64,000 bases of DNA. Source: a virus. The position numbers and the translations under genes were made by a program. The stretch covers positions 64,001-128,000 of IMG/VR virus record IMGVR_UViG_3300034073_002585; one strand, written 5' to 3'. Below are positions 44,101-54,887 of the stretch, piece after piece. The notes beneath the pieces are model-generated. The model searched no databases, was not told where the DNA came from, and was given only the letters and a program-made list of their open reading frames with translations. Position 1 is the stretch's first letter. The number at the start of each line of letters is the position of its first letter.

Positions 44101-46212
44101 ATGCCAGTAGCAACATCTGCAACTAACGGTGCAGTAGAGTACCGCTACTTTGTCTGCGACTTGATGACTAACGAGCTTCTAGCTGAAATCCCCTTCAGGG
44201 GAGTCTCGTACACTCGCTCGCTAACTGAGGCTGGAACATTCACTGGTGACATTGCTGTTACTGATGACACCTACAACTTGAGCCTATATGAAAATACTCT
44301 TCCAGCCAAAACTGCCCTATATGTGCTTCGAGACGGCGTTTGCGTTTGGGGAGGAATAATTTGGAGCCGAACCTACAGCTTAATAGATAAAGTTTTGTCG
44401 GTAACAGCGGCAGAATTCACTAGCTATTTGGCACACAGAGTGTTGTGGAAAACCTGGAATACTTCATATGAAGCTACTGCTGAAATTTCAGGCAACACTA
44501 TGACCGCCACTCTCACTGGCGGGCTTTATGATTTTTATGTTGGGGAGCCAGTATACATATACTGGAATGAGGGGTACTCGATATACAACGGCTATTTTGA
44601 AATCTTGACTGTAGACACTACAGAAGATAATCGTTCCATAATAACCGTGCCAGCCGAGTATATTGATGCAAAAACTGGCAACAAAAAAGATATACCTACC
44701 CTCTCAGTGGGTGAAGATAATCCGATAACAATAGAAACAAGACAGGATACGTATAATTACGTTAAATCCTTGCTTACAGAGCTAGAGGCTGATTTATTTA
44801 ATTTTGACTTTGCAAATGACGAAATCAGGCCAGGCATAGATTTATTTAATGAAGTAGCTACTATTTCTAGGTCATCTAATGTTGCAACGATTACTACATC
44901 TAAAAAGCATGAACTAGTTCCAGGACAAAAAGTTAAAGTCTCTGATGTTCAAGCCGACGGAGACTTTGACAATGAAGAAGCAGTAGTTTTAGATGTATTG
45001 AGCGACTACATTTTTACCTATAGCAATGAGGGAAGCAACGTTAGTACAACTTCTGAGGGGCCCTTAGAAGTTACTATAAGTAGCTTCGCTAGGTCAGCCA
45101 ACGTCGCAACTTTTGAGACGGTTGGCCCGCACGGTCTATCTGAGGGCAACATAGTTTACATGGAAAATGTCAGTCAAACTTTCGATGGGTATGGGATAGT
45201 TTATGGTACTCCTTCATCCACTACATCTTTTCAGGTAGTTCAAATCGGGTCAAACATTGCAAAAAGCTACACTGAAACTGACAATGTAGATTTTCGACCT
45301 CAATTTAAGAGGATTGCCTCTGTCAGGTATGGGACATTTGGAGAGTTCTCAACTCTAGGTGACATTGGTTTTGATTTATCGCAGAGTCCAGATTATAGCT
45401 ACTACTTACAAGCTAATCCAATCGTACGAGGGTTCGAGCTAAAAACAGTTGCAGAGATTTTAGATGAATACTCTACAAAGCCAGACGGCTTCGAGTACAG
45501 AGTAGACTGCGTATACGATGAAACTACTAATACATTTAAGAAGTATTTTAAAGTATTACCACTAATCCCCACTAGCCTAGTCGAATATATCGAGTCTCAG
45601 CCAGACGGTTGGACGGGGGAAATTCCTGCAGATGCGTACGGCGCTGAGCAGCTAGTATTTGAGTTCCCTGGAAACGTACTAGAAGCACAGTTTGAAGAAA
45701 ATGCAGATGAAGCAGCCACTAGATTTTTTGTTCAGGGTAAAGATTCTAGACTCAGCTCGGAGGCCAGTCAGCCGTATTCAGCAGCAGCTAACCACAAGCT
45801 GCTTCGACAGGGTTGGCCAATTTTAGATGCAGTAGATGACTTAGACTCTGATAACGAAACTATTTTATATAAGCAAGCTGCTAGACTACTAGAAGAAGCT
45901 GTTCCTCCAATTAGTACTTTCACTATTTCAGTAAACGGCTCGGCTAGACCATTCGTCGGAACTTACAGTCCTGGAGACTGGTGTTCAGTTAAGCTTAACG
46001 ACCAGTTCGTGGCTCTTAGGGCTCAGAGCTATTTGGAGCAAGACTATGGCACAGACAATGGCGTTCTAGTTAGAAAAATAATATCTTTTAGTGTTACGGT
46101 TCCAGACACTCCAAGTTACCCTGAAGGGGTAGAGCTAGAACTAGTGACGGAGCCGTCCATCCCAATAAGCGGAGTAACTATTATTGACGGAAAGGCCTTC
46201 CTTGGGAATTAG
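44101..46212 (+). CDS. Minor tail (hub/Tal-like) protein
   Basis: YRYFVCDL..LLAEIP..VSYTRSL, VWGGIIW, FEFPGNV. Confidence 0.75.
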   Translation: MPVATSATNGAVEYRYFVCDLMTNELLAEIPFRGVSYTRSLTEAGTFTGDIAVTDDTYNLSLYENTLPAKTALYVLRDGVCVWGGIIWSRTYSLIDKVLSVTAAEFTSYLAHRVLWKTWNTSYEATAEISGNTMTATLTGGLYDFYVGEPVYIYWNEGYSIYNGYFEILTVDTTEDNRSIITVPAEYIDAKTGNKKDIPTLSVGEDNPITIETRQDTYNYVKSLLTELEADLFNFDFANDEIRPGIDLFNEVATISRSSNVATITTSKKHELVPGQKVKVSDVQADGDFDNEEAVVLDVLSDYIFTYSNEGSNVSTTSEGPLEVTISSFARSANVATFETVGPHGLSEGNIVYMENVSQTFDGYGIVYGTPSSTTSFQVVQIGSNIAKSYTETDNVDFRPQFKRIASVRYGTFGEFSTLGDIGFDLSQSPDYSYYLQANPIVRGFELKTVAEILDEYSTKPDGFEYRVDCVYDETTNTFKKYFKVLPLIPTSLVEYIESQPDGWTGEIPADAYGAEQLVFEFPGNVLEAQFEENADEAATRFFVQGKDSRLSSEASQPYSAAANHKLLRQGWPILDAVDDLDSDNETILYKQAARLLEEAVPPISTFTISVNGSARPFVGTYSPGDWCSVKLNDQFVALRAQSYLEQDYGTDNGVLVRKIISFSVTVPDTPSYPEGVELELVTEPSIPISGVTIIDGKAFLGN

Positions 46213-49200
46213 AAAGCGTAGAAGAAGACTAACGTCTTTAATGAGTCGATTAGAGCAAAGAGTTAGGTCTGTTGAACTTAGGTCTACAAACTTGCTCACT
46301 AGTAGCGAGATTGCAGCTGCAGTAGAAATAGGTGTCCCATCTGATGGACCAGAAACTGTTGTCAGTGCTTCTGCTCCCTATCAATTTAAGAAAATTCAAG
46401 ATGCATACGTTTACCCTAAAGCTTTAACTGGGCTCTCGTCTGACAGAGTAGAAATCTATTTAGAAGTAGATACTGGAGCCGCAGTCGGAGACAGGATAGA
46501 GATATCTGGTATCCACTGGGCAACTAGTAGCCCAATCGATGTAACTAGTGATAACTTTACTGTTCTAGCAACTGACACCCCGCCGTGGGATGGCAGAAAA
46601 TCCTACATGCATGACCCTACTGAAGACCAGCTGAGTGGGGTAACAATAAGCAATACTTACTACTTTCAGCCCGAGACGGCTGCACCCCAGACTTGGTCAA
46701 CCAGACGAAGACTTCAAACCAGACGATTAGTTGATTCTTTTTCTGTAACAGACACCACTGTTACTTTGACTATGAATGCCACTCACCATTTTGAGGTGGG
46801 AGACGTTATATATGTAGACATATATTCTGAAGATTCTAGAGCTTATGGTGTAGATGGCCTATTTAGGGTCACTGCCGTAGACTCTACTGTAATAGAATAC
46901 GAATTAGATGCAGGAGTAGATACTCCTACTGGAGACATAACTCCTGTCACTCCAGTCTACGTTTTTCCCGTAGCCAGAGAATGGGCTCAGGACGGTTCAA
47001 TTTGGGTAGACAGTTCAAGCAATAAAACCTATTACTGGGATGGTCTTCGCTGGACTGAGTACACCCCAAGTACGCAGGTTGAAGCAGACGGTGACCCACC
47101 AGCACCTCCAACATCTTTAAGTGTTTCCAGTACCGCAACTCTAGTTGGAGCAACTTATACCCCTAGAGCAGAAGTAACTTTGTCGTGGACTGCCCCCACT
47201 CAAACAGCTGCTGGGGAAGAGTTGACAGACCTGGCTGGATACAAGATTAGGTGGAGGAGAGGTTCATCTGAAGATTGGCGTTCTGTATCAGTATTTGATT
47301 CCACAATCTCTTCATACACTTTTGCTGAAGATGTTTCTTTCCAACAAAATACTGCTTACAGTTTTCAGCTATATGCTTTTGATTCTGGACTCCAAGACTC
47401 CACTGCTGCCACAGCCTCTCATACGACAGCAAAGTCGGCGGGGGACCACTCCATCTACAAGCCTACTCTTCCTGTAGTCACTAGTAGGCTAGGTACTATA
47501 ACTGTCACATGGGACGGTAAATTAGATACTGGTAGCGGAGAAATAACTGCTCCAAGCAGCATTGTCTCACTAAACATATATATGTCTACCTCGTCTGGCT
47601 TCACGCCGTCCGAAACTAACTTATATAAAAAAGTTCGAGTATTTGGCTCCGATGGTGGATTTGATGTAATTACTGACCTCACTTATAACACCACCTACTA
47701 TTTCATAATCAGCGTTTCCGATACGGCTGGTGTAGAGAGCCCTTACTCGTCACCCCAGGTAGCGGCTCAGATTTCACCACTAGTAGACACTGACATTATC
47801 TATTCAACTCTGAATAACTGGCCCTTTGCTGACGGTCTAGTCTCCGCTAGTGCTTTGGCTGATGGTTCAGTGTCTGCAGCTAAGCTTCTAGACGGCGCAG
47901 TGGAGGCCAACAAACTCAAGGCAAATGCAGTAACTTCTTTAGCTATAGCAGCAAATGCGGTAACTGCAGCGTCAATTGCCGCTAACGCAGTAACTGGTCC
48001 TGCTATTGCTTCCTCTGCAATTACTGCAGGTAAGATTGCCGCTGGCGCTGTGACTGCTACAACCATCGCTTCAGGTGCAATAACATCAGACAAGATAACT
48101 GCAGGGGCCATTGGGGCTACTCAGATAGCAGCCGATGCAATTACTGCAGATAAAATATCTGCTGGGGCTATTGGTGCGGACGAGATAGCTGCGGGCGCGA
48201 TTATTGCTGGAAAGATTGGTGCTGATGCTGTCACTGCAGCAACAATTGCTGCTGGTGCAATTACAGCTGGAAAAATTTCAACAAATGCTATTACTGCAGA
48301 CAAAATTGAAGCAGGAGCCATTACCGCAGTAAAAATTTCTTCTAGCGCAATTACAGCAGATAAAATTGAAGCAGGAGCCATTACCGCAGCAAAAATTGCC
48401 GCTGAAGCAATCACGGCTGAAAAACTTCAAGCTGATTTAGTTTTGACAAGCTTAATAAAAACTGGACCTGCAGGGACCGCAAGAATAGAAATTAGAGGGT
48501 CTAACATAGCCAATCCTGGCATTGTTTCTTTCAAGGGCGATGGAAGTACTGCATTCAGATTGTACTCTAACGGAATATCCTATCTTGACGACATAATTGT
48601 AGATACGGCTTCAGTGTCTGGAACTATAACTGGTGGAACAATTAGAACGGCAGCTAGCGGCCAAAGAGTTCAGATGCAGGGGTCCACTAATAGCCTTAGA
48701 TTCTATAACTCTAGCGGAGCCATAGCTGGCGAAATTGAAGGACAAACTCTAGGAGCAAGATTCGATAGCTCTCTTGGTGCATTCATTCAGGTTGGTGGTG
48801 GCGTTACCATGGGCTCTGGTTCCACTACAGCGACATCCGTAAACTCTAGCGGACTAGTTTTGCTAGTTGCCCCTACCACAACATTTGCAGCAAATCTAAG
48901 AAGGCCAGATGCTGGTAACGTAATTCAGGTAGTTTCTTCTGACCTAAGAATTAAGGAAAATGTTTTTAGTATTACAGACGGAATATCTGTAGTAAATCAA
49001 TTAAATCCTGTGACATTCAACAGCAAAGTAGATGGAACTGACAAGGTTGTCTCTGGGTTCTTGGCTCAGGATGTTGCTAATATCCTACCTGTTGAAACAT
49101 ATACTGCTGTTACAGAAGTAGAGGGGACTATTCCAGACTTTGACGGGGTAAATCCCGAGGATTTTGAGGAAAGCCCGCTGTTATCTCTTAACCATATAGA

Positions 49201-49297
49201 GCTTCTACCATATTTAACTAAAGCTATTCAAGAGCTAATACAGAAAAACTCTGACCTAGAAAACAGGATAGCTACCCTAGAAAGTTCGGGTGAGTAG
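46184..49297 (+). CDS. Tail fibre/receptor-binding protein with FN3 domains, 10-aa repeats and C-terminal S74-like chaperone
   Basis: PPAPPTSL..LSWTAP..YKIRW (FN3); AGAITADKI repeats; SSDLRIKENV..LNPVTF..GFLAQDV..L.KAIQEL. Confidence 0.85.
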   Translation: MTERPSLGIRKRRRRLTSLMSRLEQRVRSVELRSTNLLTSSEIAAAVEIGVPSDGPETVVSASAPYQFKKIQDAYVYPKALTGLSSDRVEIYLEVDTGAAVGDRIEISGIHWATSSPIDVTSDNFTVLATDTPPWDGRKSYMHDPTEDQLSGVTISNTYYFQPETAAPQTWSTRRRLQTRRLVDSFSVTDTTVTLTMNATHHFEVGDVIYVDIYSEDSRAYGVDGLFRVTAVDSTVIEYELDAGVDTPTGDITPVTPVYVFPVAREWAQDGSIWVDSSSNKTYYWDGLRWTEYTPSTQVEADGDPPAPPTSLSVSSTATLVGATYTPRAEVTLSWTAPTQTAAGEELTDLAGYKIRWRRGSSEDWRSVSVFDSTISSYTFAEDVSFQQNTAYSFQLYAFDSGLQDSTAATASHTTAKSAGDHSIYKPTLPVVTSRLGTITVTWDGKLDTGSGEITAPSSIVSLNIYMSTSSGFTPSETNLYKKVRVFGSDGGFDVITDLTYNTTYYFIISVSDTAGVESPYSSPQVAAQISPLVDTDIIYSTLNNWPFADGLVSASALADGSVSAAKLLDGAVEANKLKANAVTSLAIAANAVTAASIAANAVTGPAIASSAITAGKIAAGAVTATTIASGAITSDKITAGAIGATQIAADAITADKISAGAIGADEIAAGAIIAGKIGADAVTAATIAAGAITAGKISTNAITADKIEAGAITAVKISSSAITADKIEAGAITAAKIAAEAITAEKLQADLVLTSLIKTGPAGTARIEIRGSNIANPGIVSFKGDGSTAFRLYSNGISYLDDIIVDTASVSGTITGGTIRTAASGQRVQMQGSTNSLRFYNSSGAIAGEIEGQTLGARFDSSLGAFIQVGGGVTMGSGSTTATSVNSSGLVLLVAPTTTFAANLRRPDAGNVIQVVSSDLRIKENVFSITDGISVVNQLNPVTFNSKVDGTDKVVSGFLAQDVANILPVETYTAVTEVEGTIPDFDGVNPEDFEESPLLSLNHIELLPYLTKAIQELIQKNSDLENRIATLESSGE
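47860..48430 (+). repeat. Degenerate 30-bp tandem repeat (A-G-A-I-T-A-x-K-I-x)
   Basis: About 18 successive 10-aa units inside the tail fibre. Confidence 0.85.
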
Positions 49298-49767
49298 TGT
49301 TTTCAGTAAAAGACGGAGATAGGACACTCCAATTCAACGGTACTCTACTCGCCAAGTCCACATCGGAACGCAGAGGGGCTCACCGCTGGATTGAGTTCGA
49401 GCTATATAAAACAGAAAGCGGCTCTTACATTATGTCTAGAGTTGGCGTCTCACTCATGTTCCACGGAGCTGCCTGCTCTTTAGTGTCTAAATATAAACTT
49501 ACCGAATCCCTTGCCTACGACCTTCCTCGTAGAGCGGTGCCCTGCGAGGAGTGTCAGCCAGATGACAGCTTAGACTTGGTTTTCCCAGAAAAGTACAGAT
49601 ACTGGGCATTAGTGAGTAACCAAGCTCAGGCGGTACTAGATGCTCTATATAAGTATGACGACAATGGTTCTTACTATTTGACGAGTGTTGCTCAGCGTTT
49701 ATTGCAACAAGCTGCTAAGGTGGACAAAGACATTGCAGATGTGTACAATGTCGAAGTAATACCTTAG
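49297..49767 (+). CDS. Hypothetical protein
   Basis: 156 aa; RWIEFELYKT. Confidence 0.7.
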   Translation: MFSVKDGDRTLQFNGTLLAKSTSERRGAHRWIEFELYKTESGSYIMSRVGVSLMFHGAACSLVSKYKLTESLAYDLPRRAVPCEECQPDDSLDLVFPEKYRYWALVSNQAQAVLDALYKYDDNGSYYLTSVAQRLLQQAAKVDKDIADVYNVEVIP

Positions 49768-49780
49768 AGAAAGACGCTAA

Positions 49781-51601
49781 ATGACAAAAGGACTTGACGG
49801 AGTTCAACTCCATCTAGTCGACTCGATTGAGAAAGCTAGCGAGTTTATTCACTGGCTCGGAGAACGTCGTCCACTCAATGCAATCGCTATTGACACTGAA
49901 ACTGGTGAACTTCCTGGTAATCCACGTAAGGATGCCTTATCCCCTTGGCATGGTCGTCTACGTCTAGTTCAGGTTGGCGATGCTAGACAGGGGTGGGCCA
50001 TTCCCTGGGACACTTGGAAGGGCGTCTTTTATGAAGCAATGGAAAAGTTTGATGGTCCAATAGTTTGCCACAATATTGCCTTCGAGGCTAAATGGTTTGA
50101 CCAGCAGTCAACGTGGAAGATGCCCTGGCATCGTGCCCATGACACAATGCTTATGGCAAAGCTTATTGACCCACTGGGCACTGGAGCTCTAAAGAAGCTA
50201 ACAGAGCAACTTGTTGACCCCACAGCGGCGGCACTTCAATCTGTTCTAGACGCAAAGCTTATAGAGAATGGTTGGACATGGGGAACTGTTCCAGTTAACT
50301 TTGAACCGTACTGGTCATATGGCGCACTAGATACCGTGCTGACTATGAAACTTTTTGAGCAATTCTGGGAAGACACTGCTCCAGGCAAAAGATTCTCTAT
50401 CCCTTACGAGCTAGAAATGAATACGCGCCGTATAACTACTCAAATGGAGTTAAATGGGGCAAGGCTAGATTTAGAGTACTCAAACGCAAAGTATGAAGAG
50501 CTAATAAACTATAGCAGCTCAGTCTCATCTTGGGCAAAAAGCAGCTACGGGATAGGAATAGGAAGCAACCAACAGTTAGTAGCTCAGTTTGAAAAACTAG
50601 GGTTTGATATAACAGAAAAGACCGAAAAGGGTCAGAAGTCTGCCAATGCTGACCAGCTAAAAATGATTGTTCGAGATGGCAATGCTGAAGCCAAACAGTT
50701 AGCAGAAGCTACTCTGAACTATAGAAAATCACTAAAATTAGCAAACACCTATTTTGCTAACTTCATTAATGACAATACTGATGGCTTTGTCCACCCGTCT
50801 ATCAACACGATGGGTGCTCGTACTGGTCGTATGTCTATTCAGAACCCTGCACTACAGACCTTGCCTAAGGGTGATGACATTGTCCGCCGTGCATTCTTGC
50901 CTAAAGATGATGACCACGTAATTGTTACATCGGACCTTGACCAGGTCGAATTCCGCATGTTTGCTTCTCTGTCAAGAGACCCTAACCTTATTCAGCTGTT
51001 CTTGCGTTCAGACGCAACTGGCTCTGACCCATTCACAGAGATTGGCCGCGAGGTTTACAATGACCCGTCCATGGTTAAATCTGACAAGCGTCGTGCTCTC
51101 ATTAAGGGAGTTGTGTATGGCCGTCTATATGGTGCAGGTGTTGCAAAGCAGGCGCTTACTGCAGGCGTACCAGAAGAGCAGATGCGTGCAGTGTCTAACG
51201 CGTTCGATGAGCGGTATCCTGGCATGCAACGATTCCAAAAGTATGTAGAACAGACTGGCATGACCCGCCTTGAGACCGAAGGCCTTGGATATGTCAACAC
51301 CTGGACGGGACGCCGTCTTCCTTGTGACGAGGACCGTGTATACACACTAGTTAACTATTTGATTCAGGGTGGAGCTGCTGAGGTCTTTAAGTCCAACCTA
51401 GTAAAATTAGACCAAGCTGACTTGACTGACTTGCTAATTGTTCCAGTTCATGATGAAATTGTTCTAAACGCGCCTCGTAAGGATGCTGAAGAAATTAAGC
51501 AGCTTGTACGTAAGTGCATGACAACAACAGAAAATTGGTCAGTGCCGTTGACTGCAGACGTTGATGGTCCTCTAGAGAATTGGGGCGCAAAGTATGCCTA
51601 A
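49781..51601 (+). CDS. polA: DNA polymerase, family A (3'-5' exo + pol)
   Basis: IDTET, HNIAFE, TGRMSIQNPALQ, DLDQVEFR, YGRLYGAG, NYLIQGGAA, VHDEI. Confidence 0.95.
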   Translation: MTKGLDGVQLHLVDSIEKASEFIHWLGERRPLNAIAIDTETGELPGNPRKDALSPWHGRLRLVQVGDARQGWAIPWDTWKGVFYEAMEKFDGPIVCHNIAFEAKWFDQQSTWKMPWHRAHDTMLMAKLIDPLGTGALKKLTEQLVDPTAAALQSVLDAKLIENGWTWGTVPVNFEPYWSYGALDTVLTMKLFEQFWEDTAPGKRFSIPYELEMNTRRITTQMELNGARLDLEYSNAKYEELINYSSSVSSWAKSSYGIGIGSNQQLVAQFEKLGFDITEKTEKGQKSANADQLKMIVRDGNAEAKQLAEATLNYRKSLKLANTYFANFINDNTDGFVHPSINTMGARTGRMSIQNPALQTLPKGDDIVRRAFLPKDDDHVIVTSDLDQVEFRMFASLSRDPNLIQLFLRSDATGSDPFTEIGREVYNDPSMVKSDKRRALIKGVVYGRLYGAGVAKQALTAGVPEEQMRAVSNAFDERYPGMQRFQKYVEQTGMTRLETEGLGYVNTWTGRRLPCDEDRVYTLVNYLIQGGAAEVFKSNLVKLDQADLTDLLIVPVHDEIVLNAPRKDAEEIKQLVRKCMTTTENWSVPLTADVDGPLENWGAKYA

Positions 51602-52061
51602 ATATGTTTTGTCAGTAGACCCAGGAAAAATTACTGGAATGGCACTATTCAGTTACGAATATGGTTCGGAGCCAGTAATGGAGTGGTCTAAAGAGCTAGA
51701 ACAAGATGAAGTAGCAGATATTGTTCGTAATACCATTTGGACTCCAACAATCAGATACAACATAGACGTGGTCTGCGAAAGATTTGTTATTAATGCCCAA
51801 ACCGTAAGAAACTCTCAAGCTCCCTATTCCCTAGAAGTAATTGGTATCGTGAAGCAGTGTCTTAAAGATAACGGCAGGGCCATGGATGACATCTACTTTC
51901 AGACACCAGCTGATGCGATGACAATGTTTGACAATAAAAAACTAAAAAAACTTGACTATTGGCACGTTGGTGGTGGCGGCCACGCGCTGGATGCAATCCG
52001 ACACGCCCTTCTCAGATTAGTAAAAACTGGCTGGAAGCCTGTAAAATTGCTAGAAAATTAG
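51594..52061 (+). CDS. RuvC-like Holliday junction resolvase
   Basis: VLSVDPGKITG, VVCERF, HALDAIRH. Confidence 0.75.
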   Translation: MPKYVLSVDPGKITGMALFSYEYGSEPVMEWSKELEQDEVADIVRNTIWTPTIRYNIDVVCERFVINAQTVRNSQAPYSLEVIGIVKQCLKDNGRAMDDIYFQTPADAMTMFDNKKLKKLDYWHVGGGGHALDAIRHALLRLVKTGWKPVKLLEN

Positions 52062-52122
52062 TTATTATCAAAAAATACGTGCAAACGTAAATTTTTTATG
52101 ATAATATAGACATAGTGACGAA

Positions 52123-53961
52123 ATGGAGGCCCAATTGGGCGTTTTTGTAGAGCTTGAGAATGACCACATCATTATCAATGCCGAGTGGCGACTAAAAGAA
52201 GTCTGCCGTGCTTTGCCTGGTTCGAAGTGGGACTCAGATAGAAACGTTTGGCGTATCCCCGTCTCCTGGACTGGCTGTCTATCTCTTCGCTCGACTTTTG
52301 GTCAGCAACTAGAGATTGGACCAAAACTTTCCCAGTGGGCTAAAGAGGAAAAGGCAAGCAGAATTGACCCGAGTAATCTTTTAAGAGAGATAGAAGTAAG
52401 CGAGGACGGAGATGAAGACCTATTCCCCCACCAGCGAGCTGGCGTCGAGTTCCTATCTACGGCCCGTAGAGCCCTTCTAGCGGACGAACCAGGTCTGGGG
52501 AAGACAGCGCAGGCTATCAGGTCTCTAAAGCGCCTACATGACCGCGGAGAGCAGGTTTTCCCTGCCCTAATCGTCTGCCCAAACACACTTAAGACCAACT
52601 GGGAACGTGAGTTTGACCGTTGGTGGCCTGGCATTGATGTTCAGGTTATTAAAGGTACCGCGACTCAGCGGCGTAAGGCATTTGACCACGAAGCTCAGGT
52701 TTATGTAATCAACTGGGAATCCCTCAGGACTCACTCGCGTTTGGTGTCCTATGGCTCTATAGCCCTAGCTCGCTGCACCGAGTGCGGGGGGCATGACTCT
52801 AAAATTACAGTATCAAGATGTGAAGTTCACCAAAGGGAACTAAACACTATACCTTTTAAATCAGTTATTGCAGACGAAATTCACCGCTCTAAAGACCCTA
52901 AATCAAAGCAAACAAGAGCTCTTTGGGCAGCCTCTGGTGCAGCAGACATCAGGTATGCACTAACTGGTACACCTATCGCAAACGATGTTGTTGACCTATG
53001 GCCAATTCTCCACTGGCTAGACGAGAAAGAGTGGCCTAGTAAGACAAAGTGGATTGACCGTTACGTCAATACCTTTCCTAATGCATTCGGGGCTCTTATG
53101 GTTCTTGGCCTAAAGCCAGCTATGGAGTCAGAATTCTTTGCGGGCATCAATCCTCGTATGCGTCGAATGCTAAAGCAAAAAGTACTTCCTTGGCTACCTG
53201 AGGTCATCAATGACCGTAGGGATGTCGAGATGGGTGCTAAGCAAGAGAAGGCGTATAAGCAAATGCTTGAAAATATGATGGCTATGCTTGAGACTACCCC
53301 CAGCGAATATATGGAGAATGCCGAACTAGATGCAGGCGCGTTCTCTGGCGACATGGTGGTTGCGACTAATCCCATGGTGCAGATGGGTAGACTGATTCAA
53401 TTTGCTAGCGCTTACGGGCAGATTGAGTTGACAGAGACTGGCGAAAAAATGATTTTGTCAGACCCTTCCTGTAAAGTCGATGCTCTTATGGATGATATCG
53501 AGAACGGTGACTTTGGAGATGACTCTGTAGCAGTCTGTGCTGTTTCGAGGCAGCTAATCGAGCTGTTAAGTGCTCGTATGACTAAAGAAGGTATTAGGCA
53601 CGGACTAATTACTGGTGCTCAGAATGAAATGGAGCGTCAGCAGGCAATTGACGATTTCCAGTCTGGACGTACAAAGTGGATTCTGTTCACTGCCCAGGCT
53701 GGCGGTGTTGGTGTCACCTTGACAGCAGCACGCCGACTTGTTATGCTTCAGAGGCCATGGTCTCTTGTTGACTACAAGCAGGCTCTGGACCGCGTTCACA
53801 GAATTGGTTCTGAGATTCACGACTCGATTCTCATCACTGATTACGTGACCGAGGGGACTGTAGAGGAAAAAGTAATTGACACTTTGGGTGCTAAGGATTA
53901 CAATTTCCAACAAGTAGTTAAGGACAAAGAGCAACTGCTCAGAATGCTGAGAGACAAATGA
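52123..53961 (+). CDS. SNF2-family helicase
   Basis: LADEPGLGKT, DEIH, LTGTP, AGGVGVTLT, QALDRVHRIG; alternative TTG start at 52135. Confidence 0.93.
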   Translation: MEAQLGVFVELENDHIIINAEWRLKEVCRALPGSKWDSDRNVWRIPVSWTGCLSLRSTFGQQLEIGPKLSQWAKEEKASRIDPSNLLREIEVSEDGDEDLFPHQRAGVEFLSTARRALLADEPGLGKTAQAIRSLKRLHDRGEQVFPALIVCPNTLKTNWEREFDRWWPGIDVQVIKGTATQRRKAFDHEAQVYVINWESLRTHSRLVSYGSIALARCTECGGHDSKITVSRCEVHQRELNTIPFKSVIADEIHRSKDPKSKQTRALWAASGAADIRYALTGTPIANDVVDLWPILHWLDEKEWPSKTKWIDRYVNTFPNAFGALMVLGLKPAMESEFFAGINPRMRRMLKQKVLPWLPEVINDRRDVEMGAKQEKAYKQMLENMMAMLETTPSEYMENAELDAGAFSGDMVVATNPMVQMGRLIQFASAYGQIELTETGEKMILSDPSCKVDALMDDIENGDFGDDSVAVCAVSRQLIELLSARMTKEGIRHGLITGAQNEMERQQAIDDFQSGRTKWILFTAQAGGVGVTLTAARRLVMLQRPWSLVDYKQALDRVHRIGSEIHDSILITDYVTEGTVEEKVIDTLGAKDYNFQQVVKDKEQLLRMLRDK

Positions 53962-54887
53962 CAAATCCAGTTAGAATTTCTAACTCAGAGATTCAGACTT
54001 TTAAGGACTGCAGACGCAGATGGTGGTTTACCTACTACCGACGTCTACGTCCGAAGATTGCAGAATTCACTGGTGCTCTAGCTCTAGGTTCTCGTATTCA
54101 CGAGGCCCTAGACAGACACTACTCCACTGGTCAAGACCTTTTAGAAGCCCACGCGGAGCTTGTTAAAGAGGACATGAAGAAGATGAACGATGCATATCGT
54201 GACACGTCTGCCCTTGAGACTGAAGCCGAGCTTGGCCGTGTAATGCTAGAGGGCTACTTAGAGTGGATTGAGCTTAACGGTATTGATGCCGAGCTAGAAA
54301 TGATTTCTACAGAAGAAATTATCGAGCGTCCGATGCTAGATGGGCGTGTAACTCTTCAGGGAAAGATTGACATGCGTGTCCGTCGTAAGATTGATGGCGC
54401 TCGCATGTTCCGTGACTTCAAAACTGTTGGTGGCTCTTTTGCCGACTTCGGTTCTATTGCCCACATGAATGAGCAGGTACTGACATATATGCTCCTAGAA
54501 GAGGCTCAGAACAAAGAAGGCGAGCGAGCTGACGGAGCTATCTTCACGATGCTTCGTAAGGTTAAGCGCGGTGCTTATGCTAAGCCGCCGTTCTATGACC
54601 AGATTGAAGTTAGACATAATAAGTTTGCACTGCGTTCGTTTTACGAGCGTTTGGAAGGCACTCTAGAAGACATGATGCGTGTGCGTGATGCTCTAGATGC
54701 AGGTGAGAGCCACTTCCGCCACGTGTACCCTAAACCAAGCAGGGACTGCAAGTGGAAGTGCCAATTCTTCGCTATTTGCCCGTTAGTTGACGATGGTTCG
54801 GCAGCTGAAGCGGCGATTAGCGATGCGTTTGAGGTCGCCGACCCTTACGGATATTACGGAATCGAAGAGAAGAAGGGAAGTGAGTAA
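53958..54887 (+). CDS. Cas4/RecB-like PD-(D/E)XK exonuclease
   Basis: SEIQTFKDCRR, GKID..RDFKT, Q..TY, CKWKCQFFAIC (Fe-S cysteines). Confidence 0.85.
   Translation: MTNPVRISNSEIQTFKDCRRRWWFTYYRRLRPKIAEFTGALALGSRIHEALDRHYSTGQDLLEAHAELVKEDMKKMNDAYRDTSALETEAELGRVMLEGYLEWIELNGIDAELEMISTEEIIERPMLDGRVTLQGKIDMRVRRKIDGARMFRDFKTVGGSFADFGSIAHMNEQVLTYMLLEEAQNKEGERADGAIFTMLRKVKRGAYAKPPFYDQIEVRHNKFALRSFYERLEGTLEDMMRVRDALDAGESHFRHVYPKPSRDCKWKCQFFAICPLVDDGSAAEAAISDAFEVADPYGYYGIEEKKGSE

Noticed and set aside
49781-53961. Inteins or introns in polymerase/helicase
   Set aside because: Lengths and motif spacing are normal; no splice-junction or homing endonuclease motifs seen.
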